Under the pieces are notes generated by a model. The model saw only the letters and a program-made list of their open reading frames with translations. It was not told the DNA's origin and did not search any database. A program made the translations under genes and the position numbers. Below are positions 41,399 to 54,600 of a stretch of DNA of 64,000 nt, one piece after another; within the stretch, counting starts at the first letter, position 1, and every line of letters starts with the position of its first letter. The stretch comes from Antedon mediterranea (lineage: Eukaryota > Animalia > Echinodermata), in assembly GCF_964355755.1 (NCBI RefSeq), contig NC_092670.1:25096795-25160794 (forward strand), in the 5' to 3' direction.

Positions 41399-42763
41399 AT
41401 GTCGTTTATTTCAACATTAAAGACAGTAATCGCCTTTTTAATGTTGACAGTATTAACATTTTCAGCTTTTGTGCTTTTATCAAGTACACGTTTTTCATCT
41501 ATGTCTTCAAAATCTGCAGCGCTAACAAATATTCGTCGGTTAGGCCTACATTCATCAAATTTACATCGAGGTAATGTAAGCCTACAGGAAGATGATATAG
41601 TTGAATTTCACTCGAATTTTGCAGGAATTCCTAATTATACATCAACTGTTAATATCCAGACTAATAAATATGTGAATTTGCGCAAAGAAGAAACAAAAGT
41701 TGTGGAAAATGTTCAGAACTCATTTTTTAAAAACATTACAACTAAATATCGACGGTTTTCCCCGGGTAAAATGCGAATATCGACTTATATTAAAAATATG
41801 AAGGGGGAACTTAAAAGAAAAGTCGATATTATGATTGCAAATTATGACCTGTATAATGACACCCCGTTTTCGTCACTCTCAAGTGGACAGATGTGGTATG
41901 TTTTTACACACATTATGAAAAACATTGGTTACAAGCAGAGGCTACCAAAGGTGATTAATATTGGAGTCAAAAAGAGTGGTACGACGGCGTTGGGCTTCTT
42001 TATTGGTCAACATCCACAGATATCTCATTCATTCGGAAATGAAGTCCATTTTTTTGACAAACATGACAGGTTTAAATTCGGTTTGAGTTATTACTATGCT
42101 AGAATGGGGTTTTCAACCGAATATCAAATACCATTTGAGAAGACACCTAAATATTTCATAACCAAAAATGCTCCAAAAATGATTTTTAATAATCTTCCAA
42201 AAGATATTAAATTTTTATTATGCGTACGAGATCCGGTGAAGCGAGCGGTATCTGAATATCATCATGATACGGAGTTAATGCTAAGACATAAAAAACAAGA
42301 CTTACAAGAAGCAAAGAAACGCACACCCGAAGAACAAGGAAAACTCTTCAAAGAAAACTACATCAGCCCAGAAGGTACTGTTTATAAAAACAAAACTGTC
42401 ATTTCTACAAGTATATATTCAGTACATTTCAAAAATTGGTTGAAGAAATTCCCGCGTGATCGGTTTTTGATAGTTGACCTGGATAATCTGGCAGTAAACA
42501 CATTCACAGAATTGAAACGAATTGAAAAGTTTCTTGGACTTGAAACATTTTTCACACGAAGTATGATGTATAAGTCGCGCATGCGTGGATCATGTTTAAA
42601 GATAAATGGTGCGATAAAATGTCCAGCTAGAAGTACTCCAGGTTTTACCAACAAGGCTAACTTAGATAGCAATGCAAGCAAGATATTGTATGACTTTTAT
42701 CGACCGTACAATAAAGAATTTTCTAAATTGATAGACGAACAGTTCGATTGGATGGATCTTTGA
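41399..42763 (+). CDS. Heparan sulfate glucosamine 3-O-sulfotransferase-like Golgi type II membrane protein, single coding exon
   Basis: N-terminal TM. RLPKVINIGVKKSGTTAL (5'-PSB loop), EVHFFD, EKTPKYF, VRDPVKRAVSEY (3'-PB), WLKKFPRDRFLIV, LYDFYRPYN. Acceptor CCATTTCAG at 41350. Confidence 0.88.
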   Translation: MSFISTLKTVIAFLMLTVLTFSAFVLLSSTRFSSMSSKSAALTNIRRLGLHSSNLHRGNVSLQEDDIVEFHSNFAGIPNYTSTVNIQTNKYVNLRKEETKVVENVQNSFFKNITTKYRRFSPGKMRISTYIKNMKGELKRKVDIMIANYDLYNDTPFSSLSSGQMWYVFTHIMKNIGYKQRLPKVINIGVKKSGTTALGFFIGQHPQISHSFGNEVHFFDKHDRFKFGLSYYYARMGFSTEYQIPFEKTPKYFITKNAPKMIFNNLPKDIKFLLCVRDPVKRAVSEYHHDTELMLRHKKQDLQEAKKRTPEEQGKLFKENYISPEGTVYKNKTVISTSIYSVHFKNWLKKFPRDRFLIVDLDNLAVNTFTELKRIEKFLGLETFFTRSMMYKSRMRGSCLKINGAIKCPARSTPGFTNKANLDSNASKILYDFYRPYNKEFSKLIDEQFDWMDL

Positions 42764-42879
42764 TGATATAATAATAAAAAATAAATACTGAAGAACAAAC
42801 TGTAGTATCTTGTCTTTTTACGTGACAGTGGCCATGAAGGGTAAATCAAAACTCTACATTCGTCTTTGGACGTCAAAGA

Positions 42880-44545
42880 AAATATAACCCTACAATCAAT
42901 AATCGGCCTTGGTCCCCGAGAGCGAAAACATCATGGCAGATTCAAGAGCCCCGTTCAAAACTTTCAGAGTACTATTCACTTCAATCACATCAACGTTCAC
43001 CTAACTGATTCCCTAGAACAGTAAATCTCGTCAAGTTATTAACATTCTCAATGACTATGATCTGGTCCAACATACTAATAATCCTACTCATAGGTCTGGG
43101 AACCTACTTGATATAATAATTTCTGATTGTAATACTCGCATATTTGATGTTAATAATCTTGGTTTTTTGTTTAGTGATCACTGTGTCGTTGAGTGTAAAG
43201 TTAATGTAGACCGAATTATCAAAGAAAAAATGGTCCACCTTCACAGCGCATTAGGCGTCGTGAAATTAGGTCCAGTGATCAGTTATTACATTTCTGTGAA
43301 CGAGTTAAGGATTTTGAAAATGCTATAGAACAAAACACATCGTTATTATCAGTTAGTCAGCTTAACTCATAATTAATAGCAACGTTATCTGTATTCTTGA
43401 TTTGTTTGTTCCGGAAAAAGAAATTCGTATCCGAGAAAGAAGTAAAAACAAATCTTGGTATAACAACAATCTCAGAGCATGTAAACAATTATTACGCAAA
43501 CGTGAACGTCAGTAGCGAAAAACAAAATCTATTTCTGAAAAGGATAAGTTTGCTAATCAACAAAGAATGTTCAATGCTAAATTACGCAATTCTAAATATA
43601 AATTCATCTCTTCTCAAATTGATAACTGTAATAGTGATATTAGGAAATTATTTAATATTATTGATAAATTCTTTAAAGGTAGTATTAAACAAGTCTTTCT
43701 GAGTAATTCCAATATTTTCCTTCTGGCCGAACAATTTTCTGATTTTTTCCATAACAAGATTGCTACTATTCGCACTAATCTATTCCAAAACCCCACTGAC
43801 CATGCTGTCGTTAATAGCATAACAACTGCTACTCTCTGCTCATTTGACTGGGTTGACCCTATTCTGGTTGCTAAGCTAATGTCCTCCATCTTTGGCGTCT
43901 TGTTCTCTTGACCCCATTCCCACTACACTTTCAAAAAACTTGTAAAGAAGCTTTTGCCACCATACTTACTTCCCTTATTAATTTGTCCTTGTCCACTGGC
44001 ATTTTTTCCGACCAGCTTAAATCGGCTGTCGTCATCCCCATTTCTACCTTCGCAATATTGCACAAATTCGACGCTTTCTTTCTATACGCTCCACATCCTC
44101 TATCATTCATGGTTTTATCTCTTTTCGTCTTGATTATTGTAATTCTCTGTTCTATTGCCTTCCGAATGTTTAAATTAATCGTCTTCAACGACTACAGAAC
44201 TCGGCTGCTCGAATCACTAACTTCACTAACCGTCGCTCTCACTTTAAACCTGCTCTTCGAGAGAACTTCACTGGCTCCCCATTAACAATCGGATCAAATT
44301 AAAAATCTTGCTCCTTACATTTAAAACACTTCTTTTTAACCAACCTGCTTACATCTGTCAATTAATCTCCATTTATGTTCCTGGACGAACTCTTAGATCA
44401 TCTGATGATTTCTTACTCTCTGATCTACGCACAAATTAAAAACTGCTCTTCTGTTGCCTTATTTAAAACTTATTTTTTCGACCACTAACATACATACCTC
44501 GGTCTTTGAATTGACGCTTTATCAATTTTTGATATAATAATAATA
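42880..44545 (+). mobile_element. Decayed, internally deleted L2-clade LINE
   Basis: Endonuclease remnants (PTHRSGNLLDII, SDHC), then FSDFFHNKIATIR and GIFSDQLKSAVVIP, jumping to RLDYCNS..LQRLQNSAARI..LHWLPI..YVPGRTLRS. Frameshifts present; (TAA)n tail. Confidence 0.85.
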
Positions 44546-45174
44546 ATTTCAAAATTCTGAAGGCACCACTAAAAAACTTCATACATTTTGAATTTTGCCA
44601 AGAGGCCCAAATTAGTACTTGTTCCAATGCGAACGCTACCTATCCATATCTATGAAAACAGTTGGCGAGAAAATCAAAAGAAATTTGATTAAAATTAAAA
44701 AGTCCACAATAATGATTTTTTTTATACAAATAAGATTTCTCTGATGTGAGGGAAAATCTCACCAACAAATTATTTTCTTTTGGTCATAAAGTGGATTTAT
44801 ACCATTTGAGCATTCTTATAGGAACGAGTTCTCATTTGCATATTTCTCATTCGGGTCCTACGCTACCTTATCCAACACATTTTTATTTGTAGTAATGATC
44901 TTTATATTTTTTCTACTTTATATAAATAGAGTCAACATGGCTAAAGATTAAACAATCATTGTTTTTCGAAAATTAGATTTCATTTGTTCTATAATTGGGT
45001 ATAAAATAAATATAATTAACCTGGCAATTTATTATGAATGGCGCCACCATACGTACCACGCTCTCGTTTTTTTTAACGAAGAAAAGACGACGGCAGAGAA
45101 AGAAACGGAAAACTAGGGCTAGCTTCTAGCCTTATTTTATCGTATTTTAATAGCTACATGTAATTTTTTTTAAT

Positions 45175-48100
45175 ATGGGAAGGAAGAAAAAGAAAATCGT
45201 AAAACCATGGTGCTGGTATCCTTTATAAATAGTTCGTAAATATATAGAGGCTAACACTCTTTTTATCTAAATTGCTGGCGTAGCCTAGGCCTAGCAATTT
45301 AGGACACGACCCCCGCTCGGCTACTACAGTAGGCCTAGTAAGTTCTAGCTAGCCGCTAGTTATCGTTAGGCCTAGACATATCAGATGAGTCTACTTACCT
45401 ACGCCCAGCAGCAATAGGAATTTATCAAATAGGCCTTCCTATGTTATTGTTTTTATTAGCTAGGCTAGTAATTACTACTATACTAGCCTAGTAGTAGATC
45501 GTACTAGCTAGCTAGGCCTATAACTATATAGTAGGCTTACTATAACTAGCCTAACTACTGTGCCAGCCAACCTTTTCACATTCACAACATAATATTATTG
45601 TATTATTTTATGTACAGTAACATGTTTATACGATTCGACCACTTACGAAGTAATTAAAAAAAAAAAAATACCTTTCAAAACATTTTTTACGATACTGAAC
45701 TCGCTGTCAACACACTGCGAAATGTTCGCCATCGTATATTTAACAAGTTGCCAGAATGTATTCTTCATTTTCCCAAAAAATGTAGAAACTATAGAGGGCA
45801 GTGTTAAAAAATCCGATTACACATGTATTTAGTTTTGAAGGGCAAGAAATGTTTTCAGCTGGCGTAATAGAGGTTAAATTAATATTTCATTATTATTATT
45901 CATATTAATATCTCTGTCACTAATCAATGCATTAACTAAAACAAAAACAAATCATTTTCTATTTTTCAATACAGTGAGATAACAATATTTGCTATGATGA
46001 TGACGATTTTAGATTTGTGTTTTACATATTGAAATTGAAACATGGTTTATGATTTTTAAAACTGTGAATTGTTTAAAAAAAAATAAAATGTTATATGTAC
46101 GGACTCATATCGTCGCCGTTTTGATATGTACAGCAGGTTCTTTATAAAACCACACTCTGCAGTTAAAAAATAAAAACATAAAATAAAACATTTATATTGA
46201 TTTCTGGCACTTTTCTGATTCTAAAATGGCCACAGTTCGATCTATTTTGAAAGGCATTTTTTTATTGTGATAAATGTAAGTTAACGGTGGCTAAATCATG
46301 GGAACTACATAAGTGCCAAAAATTGTATGATGTGGGTGTGAGAAAAAATGTAGGTGAGAAATCGAAGATATAACAATGTGGTGTGAAACTGCAGTAGCGC
46401 TAGCTAGCTAGGACTACTAACTTACTAGTTAGGCCTACTTTTAGTTTTAGTAGTAAGTAGGCCTATGCCTATTAATTATTGTTTAATACAATTTCATTAT
46501 ATAATTATGCCAATTTTTTCAATTAATATTTAATAAATGTTAATAAATAAATTTATGCAATTTTAAGGAATCAGACTTTATGTTATAAATTATAAAATGT
46601 TTTATTTATTTATGCTCTTATAATGTTAAATTTAATTTATATATTTTTCTACCAGAAAAAAATCTAAAATCTGTCATTTATTATCAATAACGTGTTACAA
46701 ATAGCATCAGTTGACATGGACAGTCTTACATTTTAAAATGAACCTAACCGCTCTTCAGCATTTTTTTTCATAAAATGAACAATTAAATATATAAAAAAGG
46801 AAATACTGATAAAACTGATTGTGCAAGTAGAGAGGAATTAAATAAAGGAAGTTTAATTGTCAAATTCTGATGTTAAATTAAACTTATTTACGCCCAGATT
46901 CAAACATTTTAATACCAAAAATATACTGTACATACCATTTTTGTATTAGGTCAAAGAAGATCACATTTTCATCATTTTACTGTAAAATATTTATAGTGTC
47001 TTGGATAAAAACAGTGTTTGAACTTTAACCTTCGTAATACCAGGTATTGTAACAGAGACTTTGATGATGAGAAGATTCTTATACAGCACCAAAAAGCCAA
47101 ACATTTTAAATGTCATATATGTCATAAAAAACTATACACAGGCCCCGGTTTACAAATCCATTGTATGCAGGTAAGATAAACACTTCATGTTCGCCATATT
47201 TAGCTTTGCTTTCAGCTTGCTATAAAAAGGAATCCTATGAAAACCAGTTATTGATTCACTTTAACCATTTTTTTGGTGCAACAAAATACAATAGACAGTG
47301 CAATAGATGCAAAATGCAATTGAATACTGTAAGACTCATTTAAGCATAAATATTTCATTTTTGTAATTTCAAAACCTACATGTGCTATTTATTCTTATGC
47401 ATAATACAAACATAAATGATAAAGGCATATTGTTTGGTTTCCTCGTTATATGGGACACTTACCTTGATAAATTTGTGGTCTTTGATAGGTTCATAAAGAG
47501 AATATTGATAAAGTTCCAAATGCAGTACCAGGAAGACATGATATTGAAATTGAAATCTATGGAATGGAAGGAATACCTGAGGCAGATTTAAAAAGTCATC
47601 AGGAAAAAGTTGCAGGTACAGTAGCATGGCATCATGAGCATGGCATCATGGGCATAATAGAATTAAATCTGTCTGTCTCCAAACGGCAGTGTCCAGTTTA
47701 AAAGCACATGCTTGCCTGACTATAGTTGCTATACTACAAAAGATATTACAGTATACTTAAATTTGTTTTTAGGCTATCGCTCTCTGTATATTTTTCTGCT
47801 AATTTTTGTGCCCTGCAGACGAAACGGCGAAAGCAGTTCAGCTGTAACTCGGCCACTATGTGCACGTATATGTAGTTGTGCACCTTGAATTGACTATATA
47901 AATTCATTTTAAATTCTTTTTAAATGAAACTTGGGACACATGTATGCTTCATGTCAAGGGTCATCTTCCTGTATCATCAGCAACATTTTGAAGATTAGGT
48001 TTTTTTCGCATACAGTACGCGTTTTTTGAAAGTTAAAAATGCCCAAAATCAATTTCTACACGTTTCAGGACATTTTAAGCATTTCACATTTGTCAAAAAA

Positions 48101-50774
48101 TTGTGCACTGCGAGCACGCTTTTGTAAAATAAAAACTAACCGTCTACTAAACCGGTTACAATGCCAATACCGTCAACTGAACGGTTTTGATCAATACTAT
48201 GCTGTTCGTACTAAATCTAATAAATACAATAGCATGTGTATGTTACGATGCGTTGTGCGATAGCCAACTCATCAAAGTGACGAGTTCAAATCTAGTTTTG
48301 TTCCCTTTTGTTTGTTTTGGCTACCAACATTTTGCTTTCTTGGCGATGCCACCATTATTTGGAACTAAATATTATATGATAAACGTTCGACCACCCTATC
48401 TAAATTTCTTGTGTCTTCTCCCTACACATGCCTATAAATCAGACTGTTATATCTATTATATTTTGTTAGCTGGAGGGGATGATAAGAAAAAGGATGACGA
48501 TAAGAAGAATGCTCAAGATGCTGGTACCTCACAAATGGGCATGCCAGTGTCGAGCATGCCAGGAATGATGCCAGGAATGATGCCAGGAGCACCAATGATG
48601 GGTGGCATGATGCCTGGACAGATGCCAATGCCGCCTATGCCTCCTATTCCTGGATTACCTGGAATGCCTCCGTTCGGAATGATGCCTGGGTAAATTGTGT
48701 TTCTTTAAAAATGTATACATACTCAACAGTTATAGGATGGATAAACTATATTGTTATTCACCCACTAGGTCAAGATTAGCCTTTGGATTGGAAGGCAAGT
48801 TACCCACTAATCTAAAGCTCTACAATTTTGTTGAAGAAAATTACTTTTTTTTTTCCAAAATGTCAAGTATAATATAAAGAAACCTTCTATGGCTTGGATT
48901 GTAGTTAGTTATTAGAAAACAGAGATTGCCATATTGTATTAAGTGGAACCCTTGATACAATTGCAGAATGAGCATGCCAATGCTTGGACCAATGCCTCCA
49001 ATGATGCGTAACATGGGACCAGGAATGATGCCCGACATGATGAGACCACCCATTATGAGACCACCAGTACCAACAACATCATCAGTTAATATATCGGCTC
49101 CTAACAATGTCAATTTACCTTCAACTGTACCATCTCCATCCAGTCAGGCTAAACCACTGTTTCCAAGTGCGGCAGCTGTAAGTTTACTCGTTTTAAGTTA
49201 GCATCATCTGTGACTAAAGGAGGCTAAACACATTAGTCTGTAACTTTCTCAATTGCCAATCATCGAAAGTTACAGAATTTTGTTACAATTTTGGTCCTGT
49301 CATTGTGAATAATTAATTTCCATAATGTTGCAAGAAAATTCCTGTCATATTTTTAGATTTAAGCTTGTTTAATCAATACAGTAGATTAAGTTAAGTTACA
49401 ACACCCACCAAAGAGCCCCCCTTGCTAATGTTATCCCCTGTATATTGTTCCTCGTTCGTTTTATGGCACAATGTTTGTTGTAATAGGGAGGTTTATGTAT
49501 TTCAGATTCCCTCCATAATAATTGTGGAATTTCTATTTCAGACTACTACTAGTGACCCTTCCATGATAGGTCCTAAGATAACCCAGTCAAGTGGACCAGT
49601 AATGAAGGCACCACCACAAGTCAGTACTCCTCAGCAGCAGTCATCTAGTGCTGCTATCACATCGGCTCCCACTACCGTCAAAGCGGCTCCAACCATTGGC
49701 AAAGTGTCAAGCTCAAGTGCTACCAGTAAAATTATGCATCCTGACGAAGACATCTCATTAGTGCGTTTATGTCTCTCTTGTTACATACGTTAAGCTCTGT
49801 CTAGGCTATCAAACTTTATGCGAAAAAAATGTGATGACGTTACATCATCCTATTTTCATCCAAATTTTTTGGTCATATAAAGTTTGAAAGTGTAGATAGA
49901 GCTTTATAACTGTAATTGACACCTCATAATTTTATTCATCATCAAAATTATAATACATAATCCAAAAAATGGAATCGTCTTAGAATATAATTTTTTATTT
50001 ATTTTACTTATATAATGATTCTTGTATGTAGGAAGAAATAAGGTCAAACTTATCGAAGTATGCCAGGCTTAAATCAGACTCACAGTTAATGATGGGGCAA
50101 CGAACACCACAAGGAATGGCAGGTTTGATGGGGCATTCCCCAATCACTAGACCATCACCACCAGGTAATGCTGACTTAGTTTATTATTTAAAAACAAAAA
50201 AAAACTGAGAAGAGATTAAGGTAAAGCTTTATAAATATATGTGGCACTTCTGACGTTAATAACTCAATTAATTACTTTCCCAAAACCAGACATCATTGGA
50301 CCTGATGAAAGCAGACATCATTGGATTTGCCCAAAATGGCTGGTTTTATGCAAAGTTTACTTTTCAGAATATATTTCAAATAGTCTGGAGCCAGTTTGAG
50401 AACTTAGGAAAAGCTGGAATCAACTTTGCATCTAATTATAAATGTGTTTTGTTTTAGGGAATGCACCTGTTAGTATGGGTATGGGAGTACATCAGATGTC
50501 AATGCAGTCCCCAACAGGTAAGACTGTGTACAGTTTATTTAAGTTTAATGAAATATTTACTTTATTACAACTGGGGATTCTGTAATAATTCTGTAATGCA
50601 ATGTCTCGTACACCTTTAGGCATGCCAAGAGGAGTTCAGATGGGCCAGTCAAGGCCTATGTACCAATCACCAGGCATGATGCAACAACCACAGCAGAGGA
50701 TGCAATCTGGGCCTAGACCAGCACATATTCAACAACTACCACACATGATGCGGCCTGGCAATGGTAGGTTCTGA
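45175..50774 (+). CDS. ZNF207: BUB3-interacting GLEBS motif zinc finger protein (BuGZ)
   Basis: [14 protein letters not shown]|[42 protein letters not shown]|[16 protein letters not shown]; Pro/Met-rich exons; [11 protein letters not shown]|EEIR (GLEBS); ends PGNGRF*. Exons ~45175-45215, 47044-47170, 47490-47615, 48470-48689, 48967-49177, 49542-49760, 50032-50164, 50458-50517, 50620-50774. Confidence 0.96.
45216..47043 (+). other. U12-type (minor spliceosome) GT-AG intron 1 of ZNF207
   Basis: Donor GTATCCTTT; branch-like CTTTAAC at 47023-47029, 14 nt from the intron end, with no long pyrimidine tract. Confidence 0.85.
49793..49903. mobile_element. MITE family A copy
   Basis: TTA|AGCTCTGTCTAGGCTATCAAACTTTAT ... 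ATAAAGTTTGAAAGTGTAGATAGAGCT|TTA. Confidence 0.8.
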
Positions 50775-51573
50775 ATTACAGAACATTCTAAAATCCCATA
50801 AACTCAACAATATTGTTCAAACAACATCTGTGAAACTTCTATTCAGTGTCAAATATACTGGAATTATTGTGCAGAAAAATTTCCACTAGTATTGAAAAAG
50901 ATTTTAATACAGGTGTCCCCTTTATTCCTTTATGAACTGAATATATGTTTTATACACCTGTATGTAAATATGTCATGTGCCATTATTGACCTTCTATGTT
51001 GATTTCTTGTATCGTTTTAAAGTTTGATGATTGGTCAGTTATCATTTCAGGGTAAGTTACCGACCATAGAGACTGGCTATTTTAAACTTTTATAGGAAAA
51101 TAAATATTTTGAAAATTTACTTGATTGATAACTACATGATTTAATAAAGTGCTTATTTATTAAAATGTTTACAAATCTCATGAATGGATATAATCTTAAC
51201 ATATTTCTGAGGTTTGAGAGTTCCAAGTTCTTTCGAAAAATTTCTGAAAAAGGTATGTTTAAAACGTTTAAAAATAAACTGAATTCAATTAATGCTTGAA
51301 TTGTCATGCATAATCATCTTTCTACTATAATTGCAAGATAAGTTTTGTTAGTCAGTTGTGCTGTAAAGGTTAGTAAAATCATAATATGTTGGGTATCATC
51401 ACAAACTATATGGTTAATGACATGTCGCTCTTGTCATTGGATGCCCAAAATGAGGCTGTTGCAACTGTATACAATTGTTACTTTTACATTATAATAAATA
51501 TCAAATCAGATGTGATTTAAAATACAAACTCAACAATTATAATTTGCTCTGGGATATGTTTTGGTCTTACTCT

Positions 51574-51699
51574 ACAATAGAACCCCTACTTTTGGACACC
51601 ATTCAAAGTACACTGTGAGAGGCAATATATGGTGAACCCCTATTTAGGGGATACTTTGTTGGTCATCACAGTGTCCCCTTAAAAGGGGTTTCTGCTGTA
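51574..51699. mobile_element. Small Tc1/mariner-like MITE (related decayed copy at ~4160-4312)
   Basis: TA|CAATAGAACCCCTACTTTTGGACAC ... GTGTCCCCTTAAAAGGGGTTTCTGCTG|TA. Confidence 0.55.
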
Positions 51700-54600
51700 G
51701 TCATTTTGTGATGAGACCTCTCATTATGCCTCACATTCTTAATTATCATAATATATTATGTAACTGTAATGTAATTTACATTATTTTATTTGAATGTGGA
51801 TTTGGCGATTATGTACTACTAATTTTATTGTATGGTAGGTGTATAATAGTAAGTGAGGTTTAGCATTCAACAATTTCTTTTATTATAAGGTAAGGCAAAA
51901 TTAATGTGCCAGTCTATTGTATTCTTGTAAAAGAAAAAAAAACATTAAAATCAATTTTGTAATTCCAAGTATTCTTTTATTACATCTTGGTTGAATTGGA
52001 TTGAAATGGCTTTTTGACATTTTAATGTTCAATTAACAATCAAAAATAAACAACTGTTAACAGCATTCTGACTGATAGAATAATAAAATTATATATTTTC
52101 AACAAATTTTCATTTCTGAAAAACATTATTAAACATTTAATATATTAACACACAGAAAAAGTAAAAAAATTGTTAAACTTTACAGATTTTTCACACTGCC
52201 CTTAATGTAAACACAACACTAAACAATATGTTCTGGTTTTTCAGTCATATGTTACAGAACTGTTTATTTAATATTCAATTGGCATATTAATTTGTGTGTA
52301 TAAGCCCTTTGTGTTTATGATGTATATTTGAAATTTATTTGAGAACCAATATTGAAAGGTAGGTTTAATTACTAGCTCATCTGCATCAATATGTTGTATC
52401 TATTAATTAATAGACCTAAAATTAATCTATTATGTACATTTGTCAAGCAGGTATGCGATTCAATTAGCATAGAACTTTTAGAAATTTAGTAGTGAAATAA
52501 CTTTCAATCTTTCTTGTTTTGGAATTGTTGTTTACTTTTTTAGATTCGTCTTCAGGAATTGATAAGGTACGATGTATTACAATGTTAGATGATAAGAATG
52601 TACAATAAACCAATTAAGATCACTTGTTTTTGTCTCTTATATTCAATTCACAGCTTCTGCTGTTGGGCTTCTTTTAAACTATGACTCTACATTTATTTCT
52701 AGTCAGGAATTTGAATTTAACATGCTATAAGCATTTACTAATTTATATTCGTTATCTTCTGGGCCTCAAGTCCAGAGGTAGGAGTGTGGTGGGTGCAGTT
52801 GGCCTATCAGAGGCAGGAGAGTGGGATGGATTGCAGTTAACAACTTATTCAGATTACTTTATAATTAAGTTTGGAGTCATAGTTTAATTTCAAGTCCCCA
52901 ACAAATTGTTGGTGAATTGATTGTGTCATAATCTGCATTCAACATTACAATATAACTAATCCTTGGGGACACTTCCCATGATATGTACAAGGGCAATATA
53001 TCTTCACACTACAGCCAAGCCATTCAAGGTACACTTCCCGTGAAACAAACATTTGAAATAAAATTAAGGAGAAACTTGTGGGTCCTGAAAGTGGCTATTT
53101 GTGTATTACTTTATTTGCATACATTACAAATGGTTATTAAGTAACAATGTGAAACACAATTAATAGGAACTGTTTTCTGACAAAACAGGTGTATAATTCC
53201 ATCCCCCATCAACTTTGAGAAACTGACTTCTCCACCTGTGTTCTGTTAATACAAATTTTAATCTGCGTTTCTTTAGGAAATTTTGTTAGTAACATGTGAA
53301 GTAAAGCAAAAATATCAAGACATCTGCCAACACATTTGAAGTATTAGTATAAAATGTAAAACAAAGTATTCTTTCTGCACTTTTTCCTTAGAATCTGAAG
53401 CCATACTCAGCTGATTTTAAGTTGAACTCTTCCCTCAAAGGCAAGTTTAAACTATTTAACTCATCTTCACAGCAAATTTTAAATGCTGTTGGACTTTACG
53501 TCCCCAACTTAGGTTGGCGAAGATTTCAAATTGGCTGTTTTTTTAGTATTAGTGTATTGTGTACAATAATCTAACCACGATCTCTGCAAAATGCTTTTTG
53601 TTTCATTTTTTTTTGTTTCGGTTTCCAATCGGTTTACTTTCACAGCAAAACAATTTGTTGTTGAACTCTTTTGTTGAGTTGGTAAAAATGATGTCCTTAA
53701 CATACAGTACACACACAAACAATTGTTTTCATTTATATTGACATTACAAAATAACTTCATTGACATTAAACAACTATTCAATTGACAGCAGTGTTTTAGG
53801 GAGGGACTTGTACATTGCAATATTCATATTTGGTCATTTAGATGATGAATGGTAGAACCCGTCCTTTAAAGCATAGGCTTTCTAATCATACTTAGAGGCA
53901 CCCATAGTATGGCAAACCTTGGTGGGTCATGAAGGTATTGTAGTGTGGGCTTCTATGGTATCATACACTTAAATCCGCACATTATCTATGTGGTTTGGGA
54001 GTTGTAGTCATACCTTGGTGATTTCCTGCCATTTTATCTTTTTTTTCAGCATGTTTTACCAAACCAAAGCACTGTACAATACTAATGCAAATGATAAAAC
54101 CATAAACACCTAGTTAATTATTTGCCCATGCTTTTAATATAACCTGTAATTTTAACAACTGAGCACAAAGCAAGTTAGTGCTTCAGAGACAATCCCATTA
54201 AACATTGTGAAAAGGGAAATTTTAAGATGCATTTTAGATAGTGAGAGTTAAAGATCAAAAACTTTGAGCACTGACTATGTTTTGTTCTAAAATAAACATT
54301 TGGTTTGTCAAAATTCCATACATTTAAAAAAAAAACCAAAACAAGTGTCAGCTTGGTAAATAAATGACCCTATGTATATATTTTATATCTTGATTATTAA
54401 AAAATGAAATACTACTAAATAGGAAATAAACAATGTTTGTCTTTGGTGCTCAAAGAGTTGCTGCATGTGGCCTGGTACCATATAGTAAGTACTGCTCAAC
54501 ATTAGAACCAGAAAGGTTTAGTTTTGCATAAAAAAACAACCAAAATGCTACAACAAACTTAAAACTATAAAGTCAATCTGTATTGGATTTGATCTTAAAG

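Noticed and set aside
47765-48200. Possible Helentron-associated repeat in a ZNF207 intron
   Set aside because: It looks repeat-like (GAAACTTGGGACACATG), but I could not define termini or find a second copy in the window.
53841-53950. Possible C/D box snoRNA (GATGATGA), with a similar candidate at ~45994
   Set aside because: No suitably spaced CTGA D box or terminal stem could be seen.
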